From: Longivirga aurantiaca
GTDB lineage: Bacteria; Actinomycetota; Actinomycetes; S36-B12; CAIYMF01
Direction: 5' to 3'
DNA: 32,000 bases
Assembly (NCBI RefSeq): GCF_042660085.1
Contig: NZ_JBHSTI010000002.1
Coordinates: forward strand, 150,001-182,000
This document shows positions 1 to 9,600 of the stretch, piece after piece. Below the pieces are notes generated by a model. The model had not been told where the DNA came from, made no database searches, and worked only from the letters and a program-made list of their open reading frames with translations. Within the stretch, counting starts at the first letter, position 1. The number at the start of each line of letters is the position of its first letter. The position numbers and the translations under genes were made by a program.

Positions 1-1776
1 GCCGAGGAAGCTGATGGCGTACTGCAGACCGAGGACCGGCATGAACCGCAGCCTGGCCATCGAGGCGCCCAGCGTCGCGATCGCCTGACCCACCTGGATG
101 AACGGCGCGATGAGGATCGCCACCAGCACCCACGACCAGTCGGCGCCCTTGAACTCGGCGATCAGCGTGTCGATCCCGATGCCGGCGACGGCGCTGATCA
201 CCGACCAGGCGACGAACCCGAGCACCACGATCATGAAGACCGAGGCGATCGTGACGCGCTGGAGCTTCTCGAGCGGCGGCTCCTCGACGCCGGTCGCCTC
301 CGCGACCGCCGCCCGAAGCTCGGCCATCTTCCACTCCGCCGCCTTCGTCGCCGTCTTGGTCTCGGCGTCGAGAGCGGCCGGCTGCAGGAAGGGCATGAGA
401 CCGACGAGGTCGTCGTGCGGGAGCGCGGCCTTCGCGACGCGCACCGCGGTCTCGACATCGGTGACCGTGGCCGTGCAGACGAGCATCTGCGCGTTGTCGG
501 CGACCACGTCGTTGGCGTCGGGCGAGCTCGTGCCCGATGCGAGGTCGGAGAGAGCCTCGGTGCCGTCCTCGCGCACGACCAGGGCGTGCGGGCGCACCTG
601 CCCGTGCGCGACACCGGCGGCATGCAGGCTCGTGAGCGCGGCCCAGAACCCGTGCAGCATCTCGTCGGTGACCTCGTCGCGCGCGAGGTCGGGCAGCGCC
701 CGGCCGTCGTCGCGCCGCACGAGGAGCGCGTCCTTGCCCCAGGCCGTGCCGGCAGCCAGGACCGGCTGCACGGGCACGCCCGCGCGCTCGGCGTACAGGG
801 TGAGGAAGGCCTCGTGCTCCACCTGCGTCTGGCGTCCGACCGAGGTCGCGGGGGCGCCGTCCTTGTAGAGCAGGCGCGACCACGCCGACGCGATGAGCGA
901 GCCCTCGAAGGCGTCGCGCCCGTAGATGCGCACGAGGATGCGGCGTCCGGAGTCGTCGGTGCCCGTCGCGGTCACGACGCCACGCCGGTCTGTCGGCGCG
1001 TGCTCGAGCTCGCGGACATGCACGCCGAGGTCCTCGAGCTCGTCGACCACGAGCTCGAGCGGCACGCGCCCGCCCGGCGACCCGAAGGCGACGTGGACCG
1101 CGGACGCGGCGGCGACTCCCAGCACCACGCCGGCGATGGCGCCGACGAGGAGGTCGATCTCCAGCGCGACCCCGGCGACCGCGCCGAACGACACGAGCAG
1201 CCAGCCGAGGCGGCGGTAGGGGCGTGCGAGGTGCGGGGAGGACACCGCGACGATCGCGACCACCAGCGAGAGGCGCACCGCCGGGTAGATGCGGCCGGTG
1301 TCCTGCGAGGTCAGGGCGTCCCAGACGCCGCTCCACGTGCCGCCCTCGGCGTAGGCGAGGGCTGTCGCGATGCCGAGCGCGAGGATCGCGGCGACGAGCT
1401 GCACGAGGAGCAGGCGACGTCGCGAACGGCCGAACGCGGCGAGCACCACGAGCAGCAGGGCCCATCCCAGGGCCAGGGTGTACGCCGTCTCCCAGAACCA
1501 GCCGAGCAGGCCCGGCAGGGCGTCGAGCAGCTGCGTGACGGCGTTGTCGACGGTGCCCGGGCCGGGGGCGGGGACGGAGAGCAGCGCGAGGGTGACCACG
1601 GTGACGACCATCAGCACGACGTCGGTGGGACGCCGCTCGAGCGGCGCGTCGGCCGCCGACGACCACAGCTGGCCCGCTCCACGGCGCCAGACCCGCGGGT
1701 CCAGCCGGCCGACGGCCCGGGGGGTGGTGGCGGGATCGACCGTCGAGTCGCCGCCGTGCTCCGTCGTCCCCGACAT
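1..1776 (-). CDS. Integral membrane protein with an N-terminal TM region, a central kinase-like (probably catalytically dead) domain and a C-terminal UPF0104/LPG-synthase-TM flippase-like region. The C-terminus is cut by the window edge.
   Basis: The - strand frame is open from ATG 1776-1774 to the window edge. It is absent from the ORF track because no stop lies in the window. GGTGGAGGGG sits 6 nt upstream of the ATG. My translation reads MSGTTEHGGDSTVDP...VVLMVVTVVTLALLSV...VAHGQVRPHALVVREDG...LEKLQRVTIASVFMIVVLGFVAWSVISAVAGIG...; GC3 is high throughout. Confidence 0.7.
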   Translation of the reverse strand, partial: MSGTTEHGGDSTVDPATTPRAVGRLDPRVWRRGAGQLWSSAADAPLERRPTDVVLMVVTVVTLALLSVPAPGPGTVDNAVTQLLDALPGLLGWFWETAYTLALGWALLLVVLAAFGRSRRRLLLVQLVAAILALGIATALAYAEGGTWSGVWDALTSQDTGRIYPAVRLSLVVAIVAVSSPHLARPYRRLGWLLVSFGAVAGVALEIDLLVGAIAGVVLGVAAASAVHVAFGSPGGRVPLELVVDELEDLGVHVRELEHAPTDRRGVVTATGTDDSGRRILVRIYGRDAFEGSLIASAWSRLLYKDGAPATSVGRQTQVEHEAFLTLYAERAGVPVQPVLAAGTAWGKDALLVRRDDGRALPDLARDEVTDEMLHGFWAALTSLHAAGVAHGQVRPHALVVREDGTEALSDLASGTSSPDANDVVADNAQMLVCTATVTDVETAVRVAKAALPHDDLVGLMPFLQPAALDAETKTATKAAEWKMAELRAAVAEATGVEEPPLEKLQRVTIASVFMIVVLGFVAWSVISAVAGIGIDTLIAEFKGADWSWVLVAILIAPFIQVGQAIATLGASMARLRFMPVLGLQYAISFLG

Positions 1777-1867
1777 CAAGCCCCTCCACCCTCACGTGCA
1801 CGCTGCGCAGCCGCCCGTGCACCCACTGGCAGGAACCGTAGCGCCGCCCGCCCGCTGAGACCGACGA

Positions 1868-1900
1868 ATCCGTCGCTACCGGGCCCGGGAGACGACGGAT
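1868..1900 (-). terminator. Hairpin downstream of xylR, a possible intrinsic terminator
   Basis: ATCCGTCG (1868-1875) pairs with CGACGGAT (1893-1900). The inner sequence contains the palindrome CCGGGCCCGG. The hairpin lies about 25 nt after the xylR stop on the - strand. There is no U-tract. Confidence 0.4.
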
Positions 1901-1924
1901 CGATCAGTGCGAGCGCGAAGGTGA

Positions 1925-3169
1925 TCAGGCGGGTTCGGCGACGGCGCCGAGGGGGTCGGTGAGCACCTCGCGCAGGGCCGACCGCGCGGCACCGACGACT
2001 GCGGCATCGCGTCCGAGGCGCGACGGCGCGATCGAGATCGGCGCCCAGCGCGCGGACAGCACCCGGCGCGCCACCGCCGCGCGCACCGGTGCCTCGAGCC
2101 AGGGGAAGAGCGGGGCGTAGACGCCGCCGAGCACCACGGCGTCGACGTCGAACAGGTTCACGATCGCCGCGATCCCGACGCCCAGCGAGGCGCCGGCGTC
2201 CTCGACCGCGCCGACGGCCCGCGGCTCGCCCTCTGCCAGCGCGGCCAGCAGCGTGGGCGTCGCGTCGGCTCCGTGCGCGGAGGACGGCCGCAGCCCGGCG
2301 CTGCGCAGGATCCAGTCGAGGCCGGCGACCTGCTCGAGGCATCCCCGTGCGCCGCATCGGCACTCGGGCCCGTCCGGGGCCACCGTCAGGTGGCCGAGCT
2401 CGCCGCCGAAACCGCGCGTGCCGCGGTGCAGCCGGCCCTCGAGGACCACGCCGGCACCGACGCCGACGTCGCCGTTGACCAGCACGAAGCTGGCCCCCGC
2501 AGCAGGCCACGCGTGGTCGCCCGACCACAGCTCGCCGAGCGCGGCCAGGTTGGCCTCGTTGTCGAGCGAGGCGCGCGGCCAGAGCAGGCTCGACGCCGCG
2601 CGCATCCGGTCGAGCACCGGCACGTCGGCCCAGCCGAGGTTGGGCGCGACGCGCAGCACCGACGCCTCGAGGTCGACGAGCCCGGGGACGGCGACGCCGA
2701 TGCCGCGCACCCTGAGGCCGTCGGCGGCGGCTGCGCGCAGCGCGTCGTCGACGAGGCGCGCGGCCGTCCTCAGCACCGTGCCGACGGGCTTGTCGCGCTG
2801 GTCGCCGGGTCGAGACGCGCGGTGCCGCACCTCGCCGGTGAGGTCGACGACGACGCACGAGAGGCCGTCGACGTTGATCTCGACCCCGACGCCCGCGCCG
2901 CCGGACGGGTCGAGCGCGAGATCGGTGCCGGGTCGCCCGACTCCGCGCGGCGCACGGGTGCCCTGCTCGCTCACGAGGCCGGCGGCGAGCAGGTCGTCGA
3001 CGATCGAGCCGACCGTCGCCCGCGTGAGCCCGGTGAGGCCCGCGACCTCGGCGCGGGAGACCGGGCCGTCGGTCACCGCGGCCAGGACGAGGCCCGCGTT
3101 GTGCCGGCGTACGTCGGCCTGGTCGGTGGGCCGGGGGCGTCGCGAAGGAGGCGTCGGGGCTATCGACAC
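1925..3169 (-). CDS. xylR: ROK-family transcriptional regulator, the xylose repressor XylR
   Basis: ORF-track frame 1925..3274. It has an N-terminal wHTH ([30 protein letters not shown]) and a ROK sugar-kinase-like body with the Zn motif [22 protein letters not shown] trimmed the start to GTG 3169, which has GGAGG 5 nt upstream. The track start at 3274 would overlap the divergent xylA. Confidence 0.85.
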   Translation of the reverse strand: MSIAPTPPSRRPRPTDQADVRRHNAGLVLAAVTDGPVSRAEVAGLTGLTRATVGSIVDDLLAAGLVSEQGTRAPRGVGRPGTDLALDPSGGAGVGVEINVDGLSCVVVDLTGEVRHRASRPGDQRDKPVGTVLRTAARLVDDALRAAAADGLRVRGIGVAVPGLVDLEASVLRVAPNLGWADVPVLDRMRAASSLLWPRASLDNEANLAALGELWSGDHAWPAAGASFVLVNGDVGVGAGVVLEGRLHRGTRGFGGELGHLTVAPDGPECRCGARGCLEQVAGLDWILRSAGLRPSSAHGADATPTLLAALAEGEPRAVGAVEDAGASLGVGIAAIVNLFDVDAVVLGGVYAPLFPWLEAPVRAAVARRVLSARWAPISIAPSRLGRDAAVVGAARSALREVLTDPLGAVAEPA

Positions 3170-3236
3170 GGTGCCTCCAGGCGAGTATGTTTGGGCGCTG
3201 AACGAATACTCCCCCAGAAGCCCGACGGAGGCAACC
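3170..3236. promoter_or_regulatory. Divergent xylR/xylA control region with a candidate operator
   Basis: This 67-bp intergenic region is locally AT-richer than its surroundings. An inverted repeat GAGTAT (3183-3188) ... ATACTC (3206-3211) is present. The xylA SD GGAGG lies at about 3227-3231. Confidence 0.35.
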
Positions 3237-4403
3237 ATGAACTTCCCCACCCCGACCCCGGGCGACAAGTTCACGTTCGGTCTGTGGACCGTGGGCTGGC
3301 AGGCACGCGACCCGTTCGGCGACGCGACCCGCCCGCACCTCGACCCGGTCGAGTCCGTGCACCGCCTCGCCGAGCTCGGCGCCTACGGCGTCACCTTCCA
3401 CGACGACGACCTCATCCCGTTCGGGTCCGACTCCGACGAGCGCGACAAGCACATCCAGCGCTTCAAGGACGCCCTCGACGCGACCGGCATGAAGGTGCCG
3501 ATGGCGACCACGAACACGTTCACGCACCCCGTCTTCAAGGACGGCGCGTTCACCAACAACGACCGCGACATCCGCCGCTACGCCACGCGCAAGATCATGC
3601 GCAACATGGACCTCGCCGCCGAGCTCGGCGCCGAGACGTACGTCTTCTGGGGCGGCCGCGAGGGCTCGGAGGTCGATGCGGGCAAGAACGTCGGCGACGC
3701 GCTCAGCCGCTACAAGGAGGGCCTCGACCTCCTCTGCCAGTACGTGATCGACAAGGGCTACAACCTGAAGTTCGCGATCGAGCCCAAGCCGAACGAGCCG
3801 CGCGGCGACATCCTGCTGCCGACGATCGGCCACGCGCTCGCGTTCATCAACGAGCTCGAGCACCCCGAGATGGTGGGACTCAACCCCGAGGTCGGGCACG
3901 AGCAGATGTCCAACCTCAACTTCGTGCACGGCATCGCGCAGGCCCTGTGGCACAAGAAGCTGTTCCACATCGACCTCAACGGCCAGCACGGCCCCAAGTT
4001 CGACCAGGACCTCGTCTTCGGCCACGGCGACCTGCAGTCGGCGTTCTTCCTGGTCGACCTGCTCGAGGCCTCCGACTACGACGGCCCGCGCCACTTCGAC
4101 TACAAGCCGATGCGCACCGAGGACATCGACGGCGTCTGGGCCTCGGCCGCGGCCAACATGCGCACCTACATCCTGCTGCGCGAGAAGGCCAAGGCGTTCC
4201 GCGCCGACCCGCGCGTGCAGGCGGCGCTCGAGGCCTCGCGCGTCGGCGGCACCGCCGTCCCGACCCTCGCCCCCGGCGAGACGTACGACGACCTCGTCGC
4301 CGATGTCGACGCGAACTTCGACGTCGAGGCCGCAGCGGCGCGTGGCTACCACTACGTGCAGCTCGACCAGCTCGCGATCGAGCACCTGCTCGGCACCGCC
4401 TGA
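3237..4403 (+). CDS. xylA: Xylose isomerase (class I, actinobacterial type)
   Basis: Inside track frame 2253..4403, starting at ATG 3237 after GGAGG. Translation [28 protein letters not shown]...[10 protein letters not shown]...[13 protein letters not shown]...[11 protein letters not shown] is a textbook XylA sequence. Confidence 0.95.
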   Translation: MNFPTPTPGDKFTFGLWTVGWQARDPFGDATRPHLDPVESVHRLAELGAYGVTFHDDDLIPFGSDSDERDKHIQRFKDALDATGMKVPMATTNTFTHPVFKDGAFTNNDRDIRRYATRKIMRNMDLAAELGAETYVFWGGREGSEVDAGKNVGDALSRYKEGLDLLCQYVIDKGYNLKFAIEPKPNEPRGDILLPTIGHALAFINELEHPEMVGLNPEVGHEQMSNLNFVHGIAQALWHKKLFHIDLNGQHGPKFDQDLVFGHGDLQSAFFLVDLLEASDYDGPRHFDYKPMRTEDIDGVWASAAANMRTYILLREKAKAFRADPRVQAALEASRVGGTAVPTLAPGETYDDLVADVDANFDVEAAAARGYHYVQLDQLAIEHLLGTA

Positions 4404-4408
4404 TCGCG

Positions 4409-5809
4409 GTGGGCCCCTCTCTCGTCGCGGGGATCGACTCCTCGACGCAGTCGTGCAAGGTCGTCGTCCGGGACGCGACCACGGGCGCCCTCGTGCGCTC
4501 GGGTCGCGCTCCGCACCCGGACGGCACCGAGGTCGACCCCGCGGCGTGGGAGGTCGCGCTCACCGCTGCGATCGCCGACGCCGGCGGGCTCGACGACGTC
4601 GGTGCCGTCTCGGTCGGCGGGCAGCAGCACGGCATGGTGCTGCTCGACGAGAGCGGCGACGTCGTCCGCCCTGCGCTGCTGTGGAACGACACCCGCAGCG
4701 CCGGTGCGGCGTCCGACCTCGTGGCCGAGCTCGGCGCCGAGGTGTGGGCCGATGCGACCGGTTCCGTGCCGGTCGCATCGTTCACGGTCACCAAGCTGCG
4801 CTGGACGGCGCAGCACGATGAGGCGTCTGCCGCCCGCGCCACAGCCGTCTGCCTCCCGCACGACTGGCTGACCCGCCGGCTGCGCGGCGGAGGTCTCACG
4901 ACCGACCGCGGCGACGCGAGCGGCACGGGCTACTGGTCGCCGACGGCGGGCGAGTACCGCACCGACCTGCTCGTGGGCGCCTTCGGCCGCGAGCTCGAGG
5001 TGCCCGCGGTCGCCTCGCCGTGGGAGAGCGTCGGCGAGGTCGAGGCACGATGGGGTGCCGCCCCGGGCACCCTGCTCGCCCCTGGCACGGGCGACAACAT
5101 GGCTGCCGCGCTGGGGCTCGGCGCCCAGCCGGGCGACGTCGTCGTCTCGCTCGGCACGAGCGGTACGGCGTTCGCGGTGTCCGAGACCTCGACGCACGAC
5201 GTCAGCGGTGCCGTGGCCGGCTTCGCCGACGCGACCGGCCGCTTCCTCCCGCTGGTCTGCACGCTCAACGCGGCCCAGGTGCTCGACGTCGCGGCACGCA
5301 TGCTCGGCGTCGACCACGACGGCTTCGCGCGGCTCGCGCTCTCGGCGGCACCAGGTGCCGACGGCCTCGTGCTGCTGCCGTACCTCGCGGGTGAGCGCAC
5401 TCCGAACCGGCCCGACGCCACCGGAGTGCTCGCCGGCATGACCCTCGCGAACACGACGCCCGCCAACCTCGCCCGCGCCGCGGTCGAGGGGATGCTGTGC
5501 GGCCTCGCCGACGCCGTCGACGCGCTCGAGGCCCTCGGCGTGCCCGTCGGCCGCGTTCTGATCATCGGGGGCGCGGCGAAGAACCCCGCCGTGGCCGAGG
5601 CGGCGCCGCGGGTCTTCGGCCGCCCGGTGTTCCTTGCCGAGCCGGGCGAGTACGTCGCGGACGGTGCCGCGCGCCAGGCGGCGCAGGTGCTCGCCGGCGG
5701 CAGCGCTGATGTCCACTGGCCAGAAGCCTCCGGCCGCTGGGTCGAGGCCGATCCCACCCCGCACGTGCGCGAGGCCTACGCGGCCCTGCGCGAGGCGACG
5801 GCGCCCTGA
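4409..5809 (+). CDS. xylB: Xylulokinase (FGGY family)
   Basis: Inside track frame 2273..5809. GTG 4409 lies 5 nt after the xylA stop. Translation [22 protein letters not shown]...[11 protein letters not shown]...LWNDTRS...[11 protein letters not shown]...[11 protein letters not shown]. Confidence 0.92.
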   Translation: MGPSLVAGIDSSTQSCKVVVRDATTGALVRSGRAPHPDGTEVDPAAWEVALTAAIADAGGLDDVGAVSVGGQQHGMVLLDESGDVVRPALLWNDTRSAGAASDLVAELGAEVWADATGSVPVASFTVTKLRWTAQHDEASAARATAVCLPHDWLTRRLRGGGLTTDRGDASGTGYWSPTAGEYRTDLLVGAFGRELEVPAVASPWESVGEVEARWGAAPGTLLAPGTGDNMAAALGLGAQPGDVVVSLGTSGTAFAVSETSTHDVSGAVAGFADATGRFLPLVCTLNAAQVLDVAARMLGVDHDGFARLALSAAPGADGLVLLPYLAGERTPNRPDATGVLAGMTLANTTPANLARAAVEGMLCGLADAVDALEALGVPVGRVLIIGGAAKNPAVAEAAPRVFGRPVFLAEPGEYVADGAARQAAQVLAGGSADVHWPEASGRWVEADPTPHVREAYAALREATAP

Positions 5810-5910
5810 TCGGGCACCCGCCGACCTTCCAGGCCCGGGGACTCCCTCGCCGGACCTGGAACGGACGACCTGCTCGTCGCTGCCACGGGCGCGGCGGGCC
5901 GGGGAACGAC

Positions 5911-5942
5911 GAAGGGCGCCACTCGCGAGAGTGGCGCCCTTC
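5911..5942. terminator. Bidirectional hairpin terminator between xylB (+) and the tRNA genes (-)
   Basis: A perfect 14-bp stem GAAGGGCGCCACTC / GAGTGGCGCCCTTC with loop GCGA. Confidence 0.7.
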
Positions 5943-5946
5943 GTGC

Positions 5947-6023
5947 TGGCGACCCCGACCGGGCTCGAACCGGCGACCTCCGCCGTGACAGGGCGGCGCG
6001 CTAACCAACTGCGCTACGGGGCC
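5947..6023 (-). tRNA. tRNA-Asp (anticodon GTC), with encoded CCA
   Basis: The reverse complement GGCCCCGTAGCGCAGTTGGTTAGCGCGCCGCCCTGTCACGGCGGAGGTCGCCGGTTCGAGCCCGGTCGGGGTCGCCA folds as a cloverleaf. The anticodon loop is CTGTCAC and the T-loop is TTCGAGC. Confidence 0.93.
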
Positions 6024-6058
6024 TTGCTGTGGTGCTGTCGTGCGGGTGGTGCTGTGCG

Positions 6059-6131
6059 TACCCCCAACGGGATTCGAACCCGTGCTGCCGCCGTGAAAGG
6101 GCGGTGTCCTGGGCCACTAGACGATGGGGGC
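6059..6131 (-). tRNA. tRNA-Glu (anticodon TTC), with no encoded CCA
   Basis: The reverse complement GCCCCCATCGTCTAGTGGCCCAGGACACCGCCCTTTCACGGCGGCAGCACGGGTTCGAATCCCGTTGGGGGTA folds as a cloverleaf. The anticodon loop is CTTTCAC. Confidence 0.92.
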
Positions 6132-6167
6132 CGAAGGCCTCCGACGTCACCCGTCGGGGACCCCGGA

Positions 6168-6196
6168 AGCATACGGGACGCCCGCCGACGATCCAA
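6168..6196 (-). promoter_or_regulatory. Candidate sigma70-type promoter of the tRNA-Glu/Asp unit
   Basis: The - strand reads TTGGAT (6196-6191), a 17-nt spacer, then TATGCT (6173-6168). This lies about 35 nt upstream of the tRNA-Glu 5' end. Confidence 0.5.
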
Positions 6197-6269
6197 AACC
6201 GACCTCACCCGCTGCTCGACCGGGGCAGGTCGGGCCGCGCGCGGCGGCGCGGTGAGGGAGGATCGGCGG

Positions 6270-6620
6270 GTGCTGCAGGTGCCGTTCGAGGAGTTCGAGG
6301 ATCTCGTCGCCGAGGCGCTCGACGAGATCCCGGACGAGCTCGCGCGCCTGGTCGACAACGTGGTGTTCGTCGTCGAGGACGACGTCGAGCCCGGCGACGA
6401 GCCGCTGCTCGGGCTCTACCAGGGCGTGCCGCTGACCGAGCGCGGCCACTACTACGCAGGGGCGATGCCGGACCGCATCACGGTCTACCGGCTCCCGATC
6501 CTGGCGATCTGCGACACGATCGACGACGTGATCGACGAGGTGCACATCACCGTGGTGCACGAGATCGCCCACCACTTCGGCATCGACGACGACCGGCTGC
6601 ACGACCTCGGCTACGGCTGA
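6270..6620 (+). CDS. Small zincin-like metallopeptidase family protein (HExxH)
   Basis: Inside track frame 5634..6620. GTG 6270 has GGGAGG about 8 nt upstream. Translation VLQVPFEEFEDLVAEALDEIPDEL...ITVVHEIAHHFGIDDDRLHDLGYG contains the HEIAH zinc motif. Confidence 0.8.
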   Translation: MLQVPFEEFEDLVAEALDEIPDELARLVDNVVFVVEDDVEPGDEPLLGLYQGVPLTERGHYYAGAMPDRITVYRLPILAICDTIDDVIDEVHITVVHEIAHHFGIDDDRLHDLGYG

Positions 6621-6635
6621 CGCGCCGCCGGCGAG

Positions 6636-9600
6636 CTAGAGGATCGAGCCGCCGTCGCTGCCGCCGAGGCCGCGCAGGTGCAGGGTCGGCGCGATCTCGG
6701 GTGTGACCGGGGTGTCGACGCCGGCCGGTCGCAGCACGATCCGCGGGCCGTCGCCCCCGCGCACCCGCAGGTCGACGGTCGGCTGGTCGGTGAGGTCGAC
6801 GTCGGGGGTCGTCCGAGCCTCGGAGTCACCGTCGTGCAGGCCCGGGCCCGGACCCCCCTGGGCATCGGGGTCGGCGACGTCGTCGATCACGACGATGTAC
6901 GGGCCCGGGTTCGACGGGGGCGCGGACCCGTCCGGGCCGTCGACGTCGTCCCGGTCGGAGCTCGTGAGGCTGAGCCCGGGGCCGGCGTCGCGGGGCGGGG
7001 CGGCGTCGCGCAGGTCGGTCTCGTCGGCAGCCGCGTCCGGTGCGTCGGCGCCGGCCTCCGCGCCCTCGACGCCCTCGACGCCCTCGACGTCGTCGACGAC
7101 GTCGGCAGGGTCGGTGGCGCCGCTGTCGGACCGGTCGGGGAACGCGCGGTTCACCTCGGGCGTGCCGAGCGCGGCGTGCAGGTCGGCGAGCCCGGGCAGG
7201 CGCGGCTGGGTGCGGCCGGGGGGCAGCGCCTCGTCGACGGGCGCGGGGACATCATCGAATTCCGGGAGCGGGGGCAGGGCGACGCCGAGCTCCCGGGCCA
7301 GCTGGTCGGCCACGTCGATCCCGAAGCCGGGTGCGGGGCGGCCCTCGTCGCGTTCGGGGCTGCCCGCGGCGTGCGGCGGCAGGGCCACCCCGAGGTCGCG
7401 GGCCACCTGCTCGGCCAGGTCGACGACGTCGCCGAGCAGCAGCCGGCTCGAGCGCGGGGCCTCGGCTGCCGGCTCGGCCGGCTCTGTCGGCTCTGTCGGC
7501 TCGGCGGCGTCGGAGGGCGCATCGGCGCCGGCGGCCTCGGCAGCGTCGTCGGCCGGTGCCGGGGCGTCCCACGCCTCGGTGTCGTCCGCGACGTCGTCCT
7601 CGAGCGTCTGGGCGAGCAGGTCGTCCTCGGCCTCCTCCTCCAGCGCGCGGATCGCCGACAGCATCGGTCGCCCGGGGGCGATGTAGTCCTCGTCGTCGAA
7701 CGGCCGCACGATCGTGACCTCGGGAGCGCCGGGCAGCGTCACGCGCTCGCCGTGCAGGAGGTCGGAGTAGACCTCGAGCGACGCGGCGGGTCCGATGAGG
7801 TCGCCGGACACCGCGTGCACGCCGAGCCGCCGGGCCTCCTCGAGCAGCTCGGGGGAGGAGATGCCGGTCGCGACCGTGACCACGCCGACGGCGGTGGCGC
7901 CCGTGACCAGCGAGCGGACGAGCGCCTCCCCGGACTCGTTCTCCGACGCCGCGAGCAGCAGCTCGGGGTCGACCGACGCCGACGCCGCGCCGAGCAGCTG
8001 CAGCGCGCCGACGGGGAGGACGTCCGCCGACAGGTGCTCGACGCCGACCGCGACCGGACCGGTCTCGGTCAGCGCAGTGAGCTGACGGCGCAGCGAGGGA
8101 CGGCGGGCGAGCGTCGCGAGGTCGGTCTCGTGCACGTCGAGCACCAGGGACGGCGAGGTGTCGGGGGTCTGCGACCCGTCGGGTCCCAGCACCGCGGCGC
8201 GCAGCGCATCGCGCGTGCTGGTGGCCTGCACGGCGCGGCCCGGGACCGGCAGCCACACCGACACGTGGTCGACGCGCAAGGGCGCCACGGTGCGGACGTC
8301 GTTGATCGCGCGGTCGATGCACCAGTCGACCACCGGGAGCACCGCGGCCGAGTCGAGCGCCGCCCGCACCTGGTGCGCCGGGAGCAGGCCGAGGGTCGGG
8401 TGCTGCCAGCGCAGGACGGCGCCCACGCCCAGCACCGCGCCGGTCGCGAGCGACACCACGGGCTGGTACTGCATCCGGAGCTCACCCCGGGCGAGGGCGC
8501 CGACGAGGTCCGGTGTCACGGCCGAGGTGAGCTCGTCGGCGCGCTCGACGCGCCCGCCGCCGTGGCTCTTGGCGACGTACATCGCCGCGTCGGCGCGGGA
8601 GAGCAGCTCCTCGGAGGTCTCGTCGTCCTCCGAGCTGACGGCGAGGCCGATGCTGACGGTGGGGTGGTGGATCTGCGGCCCGAGCGGCACCGGCTGGCGG
8701 GCGGCGTCGAGCAGGCGCTCGGCGAGCTCGGTGACGGCGACGTCGTCGCCCACCTCCTCGCAGATCACGAGGAACTCGTCGCCGGCGAGGCGCCCGATGG
8801 TGTCGGTCTCGCGGAGCGCGCCCCGCATCGCGACGGCGATGCTCGTGAGCAGGACGTCGCCGGCCTTGTGCTGCCAGGGGTGGGTGTCGTTGACGTGCTT
8901 GAGGTCGTCGACGTCGATGAAGAACACGGCGAGGCGCTGTCCGCCGCGGCGGGCTCGCGACACCGCGCGCTCGAGCCGGTCGAGCACCAGGCGCCGGTTG
9001 GGCAGGCCGGTGAGAGCGTCGTGGAGCGCGTCGTGGGTGAGCTGTGCCTCGCGCGCCCGCGCCGCGGTCACGTTGTCGAGCGAGACGAGCAGGCGCGGCC
9101 CGTCGGCCGAGTCGATCGGCGAGGTGCGGGCTCGCACCCAGACCACCGAGCCGTCGGAGTGCAGGAGCCGGTGCTCGTTGGGTGCAACGGCCGCGCCGTC
9201 GGTCTCGCGCCGGGTGCGCGACACGAACGCCGACGCCCGGTCCTCGTGGTGGATGAGCGCCTCGTAGACGGTGTCGCGCAGGGAGTCCCAGGTGCGGCCG
9301 ACGAGTCGGCAGAACGCATCGTTGACGCGTACGAACGTGCCGTCGTCGCGCAGCTCGGCGAGGCCGCTGGGGCTGGCGTCGAACAGGGCGCGGAAGGCCT
9401 GGTCGGTCTCGGGGTCGGGGAGCCCGTGCGCCGTGACCGGTGCGAGGTCGGCGACGACCTCGTCGACCTCGACGACCTCCACCGAGACGACCTCGACCGA
9501 GACGACCTCGACCGGGACGACCTCGACCGGGACGACCTCGGGCTCGGTGATCTCGGGCTGGGCGGGCTCGGGCTGGGCGGGCTCGGGGGGCGCGACGCCC

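Noticed and set aside
1796-1822. A recurring GTGCAC-core inverted repeat as a shared regulator motif. Copies: 1796-1822 GTGCACG-N13-CGTGCAC; 10153-10181; 14571-14578 and 14639-14646.
   Set aside because: GTGCAC is itself a palindrome and occurs frequently inside coding regions in this window (Val-His and similar codon pairs). Spacing and flanks differ between the copies, so a common motif cannot be supported without genome-wide statistics.
1776-4385. Very long ORFs in the track that overlap real genes. Examples: 1776..4385 -, the upstream parts of 2253..4403 + and 2273..5809 +, 6678..10079 +, 10076..12523 +, 10200..12203 -, 14782..16809 -, 16806..17804 -, 18220..20238 +, 20088..21893 +, 21788..23776 -, 22681..25551 -, 28404..30272 -, 29585..31285 -.
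   Set aside because: Their translations are Arg/Gly/Pro/Ala/His-rich with no domain-like stretches. They sit antisense to, or out of frame with, genes that have clear family signatures and correct GC3 bias. Stop-poor shadow frames like these are expected in very GC-rich DNA.
5808-5832. A possible tRNA-Phe 3'-half remnant (GATCG...GCCGACCTTCC) downstream of tRNA-Asp, which might mark an old integration site.
   Set aside because: It is only an 11-nt match to a remembered T-arm/variable-region string, with no anticodon arm or acceptor end. It overlaps the xylB stop, and there is no integrase or direct repeat nearby.
5947-6131. The tRNA locus as an integration hotspot or the edge of a genomic island.
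   Set aside because: The flanking genes are ordinary metabolic or housekeeping genes with the same composition. No integrase, att-like direct repeat of a tRNA 3' end, or compositional shift is visible.
9453-9586. Tandem repeats considered as a possible CRISPR array or other non-coding repeat locus. This also applies to 7062-7088, 10670-10705 and 19397-19426.
   Set aside because: The units are 6-18 bp, directly abutting with no spacers. All are multiples of three and lie in frame within well-supported coding sequences.
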